From the NCBI RefSeq assembly GCF_022493435.1, contig NZ_CP028751.1: a stretch of DNA of 24,000 nucleotides, one strand, 5' to 3'. This document shows, piece after piece, positions 1 to 9,316 of this stretch; positions within the stretch are counted from its first letter, which is position 1; the number at the start of each line of letters is the position of its first letter. The notes beneath the pieces are model-generated. The model was not told the origin of the DNA, made no database searches, and worked only from the letters and a program-made list of their open reading frames with translations. The stretch is from Escherichia coli. GTDB lineage: Bacteria; Pseudomonadota; Gammaproteobacteria; Enterobacterales; Enterobacteriaceae. The position numbers and the translations under genes were made by a program.

Positions 1-224
1 GTTTTTAACCTGAGATTGTTAAAGATATATTACAGATTAATAATATTCTTAAAATGTGGTAATTTATTAAATCTGTAATAAAAGCGTAAACAACTGCCGC
101 TACACTTGCTGATCCCGCGCAACAAAACGCCATGCTTTGCTCGCAGATGGTTGGCAACCGACGACAGTCCTGCTAAAACGTTCGTTTGATATCATTTTTT
201 CCTAAAATTGAATGGCAGAGAATC

Positions 225-1328
225 ATGAGTGACAGCCAGACGCTGGTGGTAAAACTCGGCACCAGTGTGCTAACAGGCGGATCGCGCCGCCTGAACCGTG
301 CCCATATCGTTGAACTTGTTCGCCAGTGCGCGCAGTTACATGCCGCCGGGCATCGGATTGTTATTGTGACGTCGGGTGCGATTGCCGCCGGACGTGAGCA
401 CCTGGGGTACCCGGAATTGCCAGCGACTATCGCTTCAAAACAGCTGCTGGCGGCGGTAGGGCAGAGTCGACTGATTCAACTGTGGGAACAGCTGTTTTCA
501 ATTTACGGCATTCATGTCGGGCAGATGTTGCTGACCCGTGCTGATATGGAAGATCGTGAACGCTTCCTGAACGCCCGTGATACCCTGCGTGCGTTGCTCG
601 ATAACAATATCGTTCCGGTAATTAATGAGAACGATGCTGTCGCTACTGCAGAGATTAAGGTCGGTGATAACGATAACCTTTCTGCGCTGGCGGCGATTCT
701 GGCGGGTGCCGATAAACTGTTGCTGCTGACCGATCAAAAAGGTTTGTATACCGCTGACCCGCGCAGCAATCCGCAGGCAGAACTGATTAAAGATGTGTAC
801 GGCATTGATGACGCACTGCGCGCGATTGCCGGTGATAGCGTTTCAGGCCTCGGAACTGGCGGCATGAGTACCAAATTGCAGGCCGCTGACGTGGCTTGCC
901 GTGCGGGTATCGACACCATTATTGCCGCGGGCAGCAAGCCGGGCGTTATTGGTGATGTGATGGAAGGCATTTCCGTCGGTACGCTGTTCCATGCCCAGGC
1001 GACTCCGCTTGAAAACCGTAAACGCTGGATTTTCGGTGCGCCGCCTGCGGGTGAAATCACGGTAGATGAAGGGGCAACTGCCGCCATTCTGGAACGCGGC
1101 AGCTCCCTGTTGCCGAAAGGCATTAAAAGCGTGACTGGCAATTTCTCGCGTGGTGAAGTCATCCGTATTTGCAACCTCGAAGGTCGCGATATCGCCCACG
1201 GCGTCAGTCGTTACAACAGCGATGCATTACGCCGTATTGCCGGACACCACTCGCAAGAAATTGATGCAATACTGGGATATGAATACGGCCCGGTTGCCGT
1301 TCACCGTGATGACATGATTACCCGTTAA
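225..1328 (+). CDS. proB: Glutamate 5-kinase ProB, 367 aa
   Basis: ORF 186..1328. The internal ATG at 225 gives [19 protein letters not shown]..., the familiar enterobacterial ProB N-terminus. The gene ends 11 nt before proA, as in the proBA operon. The 13 codons from 186 are an ORF-caller extension. Confidence 0.97.
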
Positions 1329-1339
1329 GGAGCTGGCCG

Positions 1340-2593
1340 ATGCTGGAACAAATGGGCATTGCCGCGAAGCAAGCCTCGTATAAATTAGCGCAACTCTCCA
1401 GCCGCGAAAAAAATCGTGTGCTGGAAAAAATCGCCGATGAACTGGAAGCACAAAGCGAAAGTATCCTCAACGCTAACGCGCAGGATGTTGCAGACGCGTG
1501 TGCCAATGGCCTTAGCGAAGCGATGCTTGACCGTCTGGCACTGACGCCCGCACGGCTGAAAGGCATTGCCGACGATGTGCGCCAGGTGTGCAATCTCGCC
1601 GATCCGGTGGGGCAGGTAATCGATGGCGGCGTACTGGACAGCGGCCTGCGTCTTGAGCGTCGTCGCGTACCGCTGGGGGTGATTGGCGTGATTTATGAAG
1701 CGCGCCCGAACGTGACGGTTGATGTTGCTTCCCTGTGCCTGAAAACCGGTAACGCGGTGATCCTGCGCGGCGGCAAAGAAACCTGTCGCACTAACGCTGC
1801 AACGGTAGCGGTGATTCAGGACGCCCTGAAATCCTGCGGCTTACCGGCGGGTGCCGTGCAGGCAATTGATAATCCTGACCGTGCGCTGGTCAGTGAAATG
1901 CTGCGTATGGATAAATACATCGACATGCTGATCCCGCGCGGTGGGGCTGGTTTGCATAAACTGTGCCGCGAGCAGTCGACAATCCCGGTGATCACAGGCG
2001 GTATAGGCGTATGCCATATTTACGTTGATGAAAGTGCAGAGATCGCTGAAGCCCTGAAAGTAATTGTCAACGCGAAAACTCAGCGTCCGAGCACATGTAA
2101 TACGGTAGAAACGTTGCTGGTGAATAAAAACATCGCTGATAGCTTCCTGCCCGCATTAAGCAAACAAATGGCGGAAAGCGGCGTGACGTTACACGCTGAT
2201 GCAGCCGCGCTGGCGCAGTTGCAGGCAGGCCCCGCGAAGGTGGTGGCTGTTAAAGCCGAAGAGTATGACGATGAGTTTCTGTCATTAGATTTGAACGTCA
2301 AAATCGTTAGCGATCTGGATGACGCCATTGCCCATATTCGTGAACACGGCACGCAACACTCCGATGCGATCCTGACCCGCGATATGCGCAACGCCCAGCG
2401 TTTTGTTAACGAAGTGGATTCCTCCGCTGTTTACGTTAACGCCTCTACGCGTTTTACCGACGGCGGCCAGTTTGGACTGGGGGCGGAAGTGGCGGTAAGC
2501 ACACAAAAACTCCACGCGCGCGGCCCAATGGGGCTGGAAGCACTGACCACTTACAAGTGGATCGGCATTGGTGATTACACCATTCGTGCGTAA
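1340..2593 (+). CDS. proA: Gamma-glutamyl phosphate reductase ProA, 417 aa
   Basis: Full-length [23 protein letters not shown]... of the aldehyde dehydrogenase type. GGAG lies just upstream of the ATG. The gene directly follows proB. Confidence 0.97.
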   Translation: MLEQMGIAAKQASYKLAQLSSREKNRVLEKIADELEAQSESILNANAQDVADACANGLSEAMLDRLALTPARLKGIADDVRQVCNLADPVGQVIDGGVLDSGLRLERRRVPLGVIGVIYEARPNVTVDVASLCLKTGNAVILRGGKETCRTNAATVAVIQDALKSCGLPAGAVQAIDNPDRALVSEMLRMDKYIDMLIPRGGAGLHKLCREQSTIPVITGGIGVCHIYVDESAEIAEALKVIVNAKTQRPSTCNTVETLLVNKNIADSFLPALSKQMAESGVTLHADAAALAQLQAGPAKVVAVKAEEYDDEFLSLDLNVKIVSDLDDAIAHIREHGTQHSDAILTRDMRNAQRFVNEVDSSAVYVNASTRFTDGGQFGLGAEVAVSTQKLHARGPMGLEALTTYKWIGIGDYTIRA

Positions 2594-2597
2594 ATAA

Positions 2598-2662
2598 AAC
2601 CGGGTGATGCAAAAGTAGCCATTTGATTCACAAGGCCATTGACGCATCGCCCGGTTAGTTTT
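2598..2662 (+). terminator. Possible proBA terminator: long-loop hairpin followed by a T-run
   Basis: Arm aaccgggtgatgc (2598-2610) pairs with gcatcgcccggtt (2644-2656) at 12 of 13 positions and is followed by agtttt. The loop is large, so confidence is low. Confidence 0.35.
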
Positions 2663-2707
2663 AACCTTGTCCACCGTGATTCACGTTCGTGAACATGTCC
2701 TTTCAGG

Positions 2708-2783
2708 GCCGATATAGCTCAGTTGGTAGAGCAGCGCATTCGTAATGCGAAGGTCGTAGGTTCGACTCCTATTATCGGCACCA
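2708..2783 (+). tRNA. thrW: tRNA-Thr, anticodon CGU, with encoded CCA end
   Basis: GCCGATATAGCTCAGTTGGTAGAGCAGCGCATTCGTAATGCGAAGGTCGTAGGTTCGACTCCTATTATCGGCACCA is a 76-nt cloverleaf with CGT in the anticodon loop. Its position downstream of proA matches thrW. Confidence 0.96.
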
Positions 2784-3093
2784 TTTAAATCAATAAGTTA
2801 GATAAGTGTGTGCCTAGATTTTCTTGCAGTTTGTCATTTGGGTACACACAGGGGACACAAAGCACAAAAGTGTGTACATTTGGTTTTGGTATCCTCGTGT
2901 TTACTTCTTACCGTTGATATAAATTCACTTTCTTGTTGACAAAAATTGTAAGCATGTCGAATGGCAATGTAGACATCGCTATTAGTTGTTTGGCAAGGTA
3001 TTTATTGAGTGTAAACATAAAAACTTTATCAATATATGCTCAGACTGATGAGGTCAGTATTGATACTAATGTTTTCAAATTTTAGGCCATAAA

Positions 3094-3690
3094 ATGGCTG
3101 TCATTCCAATGTCTTACTCCCCTGCTACTGTAGCCCGTCGTTTTTCGATACTGGATGGAGTAACTATTCAGGGCGTGCTTTACCAGATCATCTGGGATCC
3201 AAAGACTCCGTTCGCTGCGGTAATCGAAGCTGCACCTTCTGTTATTGATGGTGATATTCGCCATAAGGTTGTTGCTACTCTGGAGCTTCAGCGTCGTCCA
3301 CAGCTTGAAGGGGTGTTTGTCCGGAAATTCTGGGAAGAACAGGACGTTGCTCAGATTGAAGGGATTGTTGTTGATGGCGCTGTACGTGATGTTGGCCTTG
3401 CGACGTTTGTTTATGAAACGATAGCCACAAAAGCAGGCGTTATACTATTAAGTGATAACGAGCAATATGAAGGAGGTAAAGCCCTCTGTCAGCATATAGC
3501 GCGTCGTTCAACGAATCTTAAGGTGTTTATCTTAGATACAGATTCCGCACGGTATTACCCGTTTGATGGTGATCGGATCTGCTATGATGGGGAAAGTATT
3601 CCTAAATCAGAAATCTGGAGTGAACATCCTGATCGAAACAAACACGGTGTTGTTCTTGTGGCCGAATCTGTTAATGGAAAAGCCGCATAA
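3094..3690 (+). CDS. Hypothetical protein, 198 aa, family not recognised (weak GNAT-like stretch)
   Basis: Only long ORF in this interval. There is no convincing SD; an alternative ATG lies at 3109. The stretch VVDGAVRDVGLATFVYETIA...SDNEQYEGGKALCQHIA loosely resembles GNAT motif A. Confidence 0.55.
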   Translation: MAVIPMSYSPATVARRFSILDGVTIQGVLYQIIWDPKTPFAAVIEAAPSVIDGDIRHKVVATLELQRRPQLEGVFVRKFWEEQDVAQIEGIVVDGAVRDVGLATFVYETIATKAGVILLSDNEQYEGGKALCQHIARRSTNLKVFILDTDSARYYPFDGDRICYDGESIPKSEIWSEHPDRNKHGVVLVAESVNGKAA

Positions 3691-3745
3691 TTTGCCGATT
3701 GCCTCGTGTCCCTGGAACTCTGGTATACCGAGGCAGAACAAACAG

Positions 3746-3767
3746 GGGATAACCGGGCTGTTATCCC
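3746..3767. terminator. Hairpin between the convergent orf198 and orf545
   Basis: gggataac (3746-3753) pairs with gttatccc (3760-3767) across a 6-nt loop. On the minus strand it is followed by the T-rich ctgtttgttc, 10 nt after the orf545 stop. Confidence 0.4.
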
Positions 3768-3776
3768 ATCTATGAT

Positions 3777-5414
3777 CTACTGCCCGGTCAGGCATTTTCC
3801 CCATAAAGGTCGAATCACATCTCTATCTTCACTGTAGGGAAATCTTTTATTTTTTTTCTTCTGTTCCAACAGGAATACGTCGATTTCGTTATTGATAATC
3901 TCCTTAACAGTGCGGCGATAACGGTTTAGCGACGTATCACTTATATTTGTCTTTGACAGGCGTAAACTGGTATCGGCTTTGATGTCTTCATTTATGCCAT
4001 CTTTAACTTTTCGTTTTGGCCTATCCGGAATCCCTTCATGCAGATCATAGGCTTTCAGCCCTACAAGTCGTACGGCAACGTCAATCTTCTCTGTTCGTTT
4101 TTGTTTATGACTTTCTAACAAAACTTTATTTTTTTCATACCATTTTTGAAATGTTTCCAGCCGCTTCTCATTATCTTTACTGAGCTCCAGAAGAGAATGA
4201 AATTCAAAATTATCTGTTATATTAATTTCACTCTCTGATGCCGGAGGTTTTATTCTTGGAAACTCTGTCTCATTCTGGGATGATTTCTTGTATTTCTCCT
4301 GCAGACAATGACAAAGATAAATTACTGCATCCTGAAGGGTATTAGTGTGAATCAACCTCAGAAGTTCATCACGTTGTATGGTTATCTGGCAATAATCCTT
4401 TTCCCATGCAGTTGTATGCCCGGTTTCTGTATCTTTATCCGGAGTAACTGTTGCGAATTTCCATGTATATCGGATAAAATCTGTTGGTTTAAAATACTCC
4501 ATGGTTTTGTTGAACCAGTCAATGATTTCATTGGCATAAAGACGGACGTATTCATCGTATATTGACTCAATTTCATACCAGTTGGCGACCCGACACAAAT
4601 TATTCACGAATTCTGTACGTCCTGTTTTCAACAGTTGTTCTTTCCGTCTGATTACATCCCCGGTATTTTGCTCCGGACAATCTCTGAATATTTTATGTTC
4701 CTCTTTAAAGGGGGATAGCCATTCTGGAAAGTCTGTATTATTTTTCTTGTAGAATCCGTTAACTGTTATACCAATAACTCTGGCAAGTATTGCTGATTCA
4801 TCAATTTCATGATATTGATTCATGTGTGCCAGTAACTCTGAGGTGCAGGAGTGTGCAACAGACAGATCCTGATGGCAATACCCCTGTCGGGTTTCTGCTG
4901 GAATTGGTGAACTCCAGGCCTTACATTCAGTCAGAATATTAAATAAATCATCTCCTACAAACTTTGCCAGTTCAGGTGTTTTCCAGGTTCTCGGTCCTGG
5001 GCTGATAAAGGTTGATGTTGTCTGTACCTCTTGCATCGCCCCCCAGGTTTTCAGACTGATATTTCCTTCATCAAAACCATTGTATAAATGGCACATCACA
5101 TTAAGCGCATCTGTAAGAGCAGAAGGAGTGGGTTGGGGGGAGGTAGACTCTTCAATAGTAAGCTTTGGTTCTTCAGCGCTTCTTTGTTCTCTAAAGATTC
5201 TCAGGAGCTCTGTATTGGCACGTAATGCAGAGAGTACTCTGTGCTGTTCTTCAAACCAGGGGCGATATTCTGGATCCTGATATAGTTGACGTGCTTTAAA
5301 AATGAGCAAAAGGATTTGTTCGGAAACCGCCTCGTATATGCCAGGGAATGGGTGGAGTTCGCCGGATAAAACACGATCATACTGATACTTTTGTTGCATT
5401 GTCCGAGTTACCAT
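3777..5414 (-). CDS. Hypothetical protein, 545 aa, family not recognised
   Basis: Uninterrupted 1.6-kb AT-rich ORF, divergent from alpA. I see no P-loop, HExxH or tyrosine-recombinase signature. The C-terminus is Lys/Glu-rich. The start is uncertain (ATG at 5414 or 5399; neither has a good SD). Confidence 0.75.
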   Translation of the reverse strand: MVTRTMQQKYQYDRVLSGELHPFPGIYEAVSEQILLLIFKARQLYQDPEYRPWFEEQHRVLSALRANTELLRIFREQRSAEEPKLTIEESTSPQPTPSALTDALNVMCHLYNGFDEGNISLKTWGAMQEVQTTSTFISPGPRTWKTPELAKFVGDDLFNILTECKAWSSPIPAETRQGYCHQDLSVAHSCTSELLAHMNQYHEIDESAILARVIGITVNGFYKKNNTDFPEWLSPFKEEHKIFRDCPEQNTGDVIRRKEQLLKTGRTEFVNNLCRVANWYEIESIYDEYVRLYANEIIDWFNKTMEYFKPTDFIRYTWKFATVTPDKDTETGHTTAWEKDYCQITIQRDELLRLIHTNTLQDAVIYLCHCLQEKYKKSSQNETEFPRIKPPASESEINITDNFEFHSLLELSKDNEKRLETFQKWYEKNKVLLESHKQKRTEKIDVAVRLVGLKAYDLHEGIPDRPKRKVKDGINEDIKADTSLRLSKTNISDTSLNRYRRTVKEIINNEIDVFLLEQKKKNKRFPYSEDRDVIRPLWGKCLTGQ

Positions 5415-5717
5415 GATGTCAGAAGTTTCTGCTTGCTACATATTGGTCCGCTGTCAGACAGAATCGATGTTGTCCACTGAAATGAAACGTTAATCCTGAG
5501 CCAGCCGCTGATTACGTGGATAGCTTGTGTACATTTGTTTATATCCTGAGATTTTATACATTATTTACGATAATTTTCTCCTGATTGTGATTGTCTCCGT
5601 CAGTTACCTCTGCGTCTTCTGTATAAGCGTATTTGCTTCATTTTCCGATCATTCGTAGCCTGCTTCTGTCTGTTCAGCAACAGATTGTCTTTTCCTCCGC
5701 TTGTTGTAGCTTATTTT

Positions 5718-5733
5718 TGTGATGATTATCACA
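5718..5733. promoter_or_regulatory. CRP-type palindrome TGTGA-N6-TCACA
   Basis: tgtgatgattatcaca matches both CRP half-sites perfectly with 6-nt spacing. It lies in the 690-bp intergenic region between orf545 and alpA. Confidence 0.35.
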
Positions 5734-6104
5734 AATTAGATGGAAATATTTCACCTTCCTGCGACTCCTCCATGCCTTGTCTGAATTTGACATGGATTTA
5801 TTTATATATCCCAACCTAATTTTAGTCAACAAAAATCGTCATAATGGATTTTTAATATTAATTTTTGTTTTTATTGGTCGCGGCTTGTTTTTATTTGGTT
5901 CTATATGTCTTTATTTTTTCTATTAAAAGCCATTTTAACATTGCAATTCAGTATTTTGACCTATAAAAATCATAGTATTACATTTTATTTGCAAGGTGTT
6001 GACTGGATGAATGATAGTGACTTTCACTCATTGTTTATCCGGGAAATTTAGTCATTTCATGCTCATGCCGGAAATAAAAAGTATTGATATATCAGGAGGG
6101 TAGT

Positions 6105-6332
6105 ATGTGGCTTCCATTAACAGATGAACAGCGTCTGGTCATTTTGAAAGCTTATGGGATTGAATGCGACAGACTGGTACGTGAAAAGGAACGATATGAG
6201 ATCACGTCAATTTCTCGTACACAAGCGTGGAAACTTGAACGGGAGGGAACATTTCCACCACGTAAGTCTATCGGAAAGAAATCTTGCGGATGGTTGTTAA
6301 GTGACCTTCTCTGCTGGATACAGACCAGATGA
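6105..6332 (+). CDS. alpA: AlpA-family prophage/island transcriptional regulator (excision activator type), 75 aa
   Basis: The ATG at 6105 is preceded by caGGAGGgtagt. The sequence ...ITSISRTQAWKLEREGTFPPRKSIGKKSCGWLLSDLLCWIQ is the typical AlpA/MerR-like HTH followed by W-x-x-S/D-L-x-W. Confidence 0.85.
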   Translation: MWLPLTDEQRLVILKAYGIECDRLVREKERYEITSISRTQAWKLEREGTFPPRKSIGKKSCGWLLSDLLCWIQTR

Positions 6333-6362
6333 ACTGTCTGTATTTTCAGTATATCCAGTCTG

Positions 6363-6405
6363 TATAGCAGCTATTGTTGCTATTGTAGCGGAAATAGCTG
6401 CTATA
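6363..6405. repeat. 13-bp perfect inverted repeat enclosing two direct gctattgt repeats (operator- or iteron-like)
   Basis: tatagcagctatt (6363-6375) and aatagctgctata (6393-6405) are exact reverse complements. gctattgt occurs at 6370-6377 and at 6379-6386. A diverged copy lies at about 6842-6880, upstream of the intact yfjI-like gene. Confidence 0.5.
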
Positions 6406-6437
6406 ACCGAAAGTTATTACGAAAAAAGGAAATATTT

Positions 6438-6704
6438 ATGTCTTACATCAAACCGGATACTCCGTATCCAGTATATGCGCAACCATCAATGACTGGAAAT
6501 GCAATAATTGAAACTCAACACAATGAAAAAGCATCTCTGGCTATGACTACAACATCATTATTAACAGCGATGTCAATTGCCTGTCAGAATCAGATTGACG
6601 TGTGCAGCCCCGGAAATTTACGTGGGGCCGTTAATATTTACACTATGGTTCTGGCTGATTCCTGAGAAAGGAAAAAGACCGGGGGGAAGGTGTTAGTGAA
6701 ATAA
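6438..6704 (+). pseudogene. Decayed 5' fragment of a second DUF3987/YfjI-like gene
   Basis: MSYIKPDTPYPVYAQPSMTGNAIIETQHNEKASLAMTTTSLLTAMSIACQNQIDVCSPGNLRGAVNIYTMVLADS aligns codon for codon with residues 7-81 of ORF 6896..8347. There is an in-frame TGA at 6663. Similarity continues as ERKKTGGKVLVK against ERKTTVDKVFMK and then ends. Confidence 0.7.
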
Positions 6705-6913
6705 TTTTAGGAGGTGTTAAGAATGAGAAACATGAATGATATTTCGTGGTAAATAACACAGTATGAACTGAATTAACCTTATCGGTTTATTAAACATCAG
6801 ATCTACAGATATTCTGTATTTCTCAGAACATTAGGTCTGAACAGCAGCTATTTCGCTATTATAGCGGGAGTTGCTGCTACTTTACTAACCCATTAATGAA
6901 AAGAGAGGCTTTT

Positions 6914-8347
6914 ATGTGCTTACTTGCACCAGAAAATCCTTATCCGATATATGCACTACCACCGCTGGTGAGAAATGCAATAATTGAAACTCAAAAAAAT
7001 ACACAGGCACCTTTGGCTATGGTGGCGACATCCGCATTAACAGCGATCTCAATTGCCTGTCAGAATCAGATTGACGTGTGCAGACCTAGAAATTTACGTG
7101 GGCCTGTTAATCTTTACTCTCTGATTCTGGCTGATTCTGGTGAAAGGAAAACGACCGTGGATAAAGTGTTTATGAAAGCATTTTATCTCAGGGATGAAGC
7201 CCTGGCGGAAGAATACGCGAAACTGGTTGAGAATTACAGCACAGAAAAGGAAATATGGGAGCAAAAACAAAAAGCGCTGGAATCAAAATTTCATAAAGAG
7301 ATTCGTGCCGGTAAAGATTACAAGGCAACAGAATCAGAGCTTGAAACGCATCTGAATAAGTCTCCTGTTCCGCCGCAGATACGTCGAACAATTTTTAATG
7401 AGACAACGATAGAGGGAATGTTAAAATATTACTCCGATAGCAATCGCTCTTTTGCTCTTGTATCCAGTGAAGGGGGGGTAATTTTTGACAGCCGGGCCAT
7501 GAGTAAACTGGGAATTATTAACACTTTGTGGGATGGAGGTTCTCTTTTCATCGACAGGAAATCATCTCCCGGAATTAATTTGAAGGAGCCAAGACTGACG
7601 ATATCGGTGATGATTCAGCCTGATGTTTACCACAAAGGTTTTTGTACGCGAAAAAAAGAAATTGTGAAAACGTCAGGACATCATGCAAGGTTTTTGATGT
7701 GTCAACCAACATCAACGCAGGGGACAAGGATAATAACCGGAGATAATTATTCATCACAGTATCAGGATTTGTTTGAAGAGAGGATCAATGAGCTTATTGA
7801 TGAAAGTCTGGCGATGAGTGGTGAACGACGTTGCCTTCACTTTTCTCCTCAGGCTGCCAGAATCTGGACGGATTATTACAATGATGTGGAATCGAAGCTG
7901 GGGGGATTGGGGCCTTTAAGACATTGCCGGGAATATGCTGCTAAAAATGCAGAGTATATGGCAAGACTGGCAGGACTTATTTACCATTCGAGCGGTGAAG
8001 AGGGGGAGATTTCCCCTTACACTGCAGAAATGGCGAGAGAATTAGCAATATGGTACGGTAATGAGTATGTGCGGTTGTCTAATCCGTTAACTTTTGACAA
8101 CTCTGCCCTGACCGTACCTGTGCGACTCATTCCAGAGGAGCTTGAACTTTTCAACTGGATAAAAAGCTATTGTATTGAGAAGGGGATCCTCTGTATGAAA
8201 AAAAATGACATTTTACAGCGTGGTCCGAACCGTTTCCGGAAAAAGGATAAAATCAACTGGTTACTGGATTTACTGTATGAACAAAACAGAGTTGTACCGG
8301 TTATTGAGGGAAAAACGTTGTGTGTCGCACCTAACTTTGACCTCTGA
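6914..8347 (+). CDS. DUF3987 / YfjI-family protein (putative island replication or helicase-loader type), 477 aa
   Basis: The N-terminus PYPIYALPPLVRNAIIETQ...QNQIDV...LADSGERKTT is typical of CP4-57 YfjI-like proteins. I prefer the ATG at 6914 (SD agagagg; homologous to the start of the decayed copy). An alternative ATG lies at 6896. Confidence 0.85.
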   Translation: MCLLAPENPYPIYALPPLVRNAIIETQKNTQAPLAMVATSALTAISIACQNQIDVCRPRNLRGPVNLYSLILADSGERKTTVDKVFMKAFYLRDEALAEEYAKLVENYSTEKEIWEQKQKALESKFHKEIRAGKDYKATESELETHLNKSPVPPQIRRTIFNETTIEGMLKYYSDSNRSFALVSSEGGVIFDSRAMSKLGIINTLWDGGSLFIDRKSSPGINLKEPRLTISVMIQPDVYHKGFCTRKKEIVKTSGHHARFLMCQPTSTQGTRIITGDNYSSQYQDLFEERINELIDESLAMSGERRCLHFSPQAARIWTDYYNDVESKLGGLGPLRHCREYAAKNAEYMARLAGLIYHSSGEEGEISPYTAEMARELAIWYGNEYVRLSNPLTFDNSALTVPVRLIPEELELFNWIKSYCIEKGILCMKKNDILQRGPNRFRKKDKINWLLDLLYEQNRVVPVIEGKTLCVAPNFDL

Positions 8348-8374
8348 ATGACTTAATCGTTGAGTAACATATAA

Positions 8375-8399
8375 TCTCCTCTGCTACTTGCGGAGGAGA
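8375..8399 (+). terminator. Hairpin after the yfjI-like gene
   Basis: tctcctctgc pairs with gcggaggaga in a 10-bp stem (one G-U pair) around a 5-nt loop. There is no clear U-tract. Confidence 0.4.
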
Positions 8400-9316
8400 C
8401 TAATGCCTTTACCATGTCAGCGTTGTATTAGAAAACTCTGGTACAGGTCAGTCAGTAAATATAACTGGTGTAACCACTATTTACTATTGGATAGAGTGTT
8501 GCTCAGGATATTGTCGGCTTTAGTCTGAGGTGAGGTGGGACCTTCATTGTTTTCGTGTTCAATAAATAATTTAGGTTAATTAGTATTATTAATGGGAGTT
8601 ATGTTATCTGTTATGTTGTCTCTTTCTATCGTAATGTCACTCCTCTTTATGCTGAGTATTCTGTATGTGCGTAATGCGTCTATCCCCATATGCTACAATG
8701 TGGTGGTGTATGGGGATTAGTTATGTGTAAATTATGTCACTCACTCATAGCGTAATATTGAGAAAGTTAATCCATTGAGTGTGTGTCTGGTTCGTATTTA
8801 ACACTAGTTACGTACCAGAACACTATTAGAGTATATTGTCTTTAGTTCGTACGTTATAGCTCCGTTACAGTTTATAAGTATGGGTAAATATAATCTTTTC
8901 TGTATGAAATAATCTTCTTATTGTGAGGTTAAATATCTGTAGGCTCTCTCTGCAGAGTCTCTGTTTTTACTTAATGGTACGGCAATACTAATAGCGATGT
9001 TGCCTGTGGCTACCCGGTACTGACTTTTGTGAAGATCAGATTATTTCCTGTAAGTAATTGAATGGTACTTCCTTAAACTTAATTCTATGAGGTGTGTTTT
9101 TACCATTGTAATTCGTTCTGGTCCTCAGTTTAAGAGAGTCTCACTGTATTCTGAATCATTACCCTATTACTGTAATGAGGTAATACGAAACAGTTTTATC
9201 AGGTTGTCTGTGCTGCTGGTTACCTCGTTTATTAATGCCGCGGTACGGCGTTTCTGTACTCTCAGTATTTATGTAATTCCACTTTCCTGTCAGTTTTATA
9301 AAGTAAGGTCTATAAA

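Noticed and set aside
498-2674. Seven minus-strand ORFs (74-146 aa) overlapping proB and proA
   Set aside because: They are antisense shadows inside two well-recognised, GC-rich conserved genes. Their products are low-complexity and Arg/Ser/Ala-rich, typical of wrong-frame translation.
2871-5537. An exact 12-mer, tgtgtacatttg, upstream of both orphan genes (2871-2882 and 5526-5537), as a shared operator
   Set aside because: By a rough count, tens of exact 12-mer coincidences are expected by chance in a 24-kb AT-rich window counting both strands. The repeat alone is not evidence.
5715-5736. Reading the 5718 palindrome as a Fur box
   Set aside because: The best alignment I could make to GATAATGATAATCATTATC is about 12 of 19, far weaker than the boxes at 15662 and 22065. 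The CRP core match is perfect, so CRP is the better call.
6301-6492. A 63-aa ORF overlapping the alpA 3' end and the 6363-6405 palindrome
   Set aside because: Its AIVAIVAEIAAI stretch is simply the translation of the gctattgt repeats and the inverted repeat. It overlaps two better-supported features.
8681-8830. Short hairpins (atccccata/tatggggat and tctggttcgta/tacgtaccaga) as specific RNA structures
   Set aside because: Stems of 9-11 bp with long loops are expected several times by chance in this window. They are used only as weak context for the ORF-poor region.
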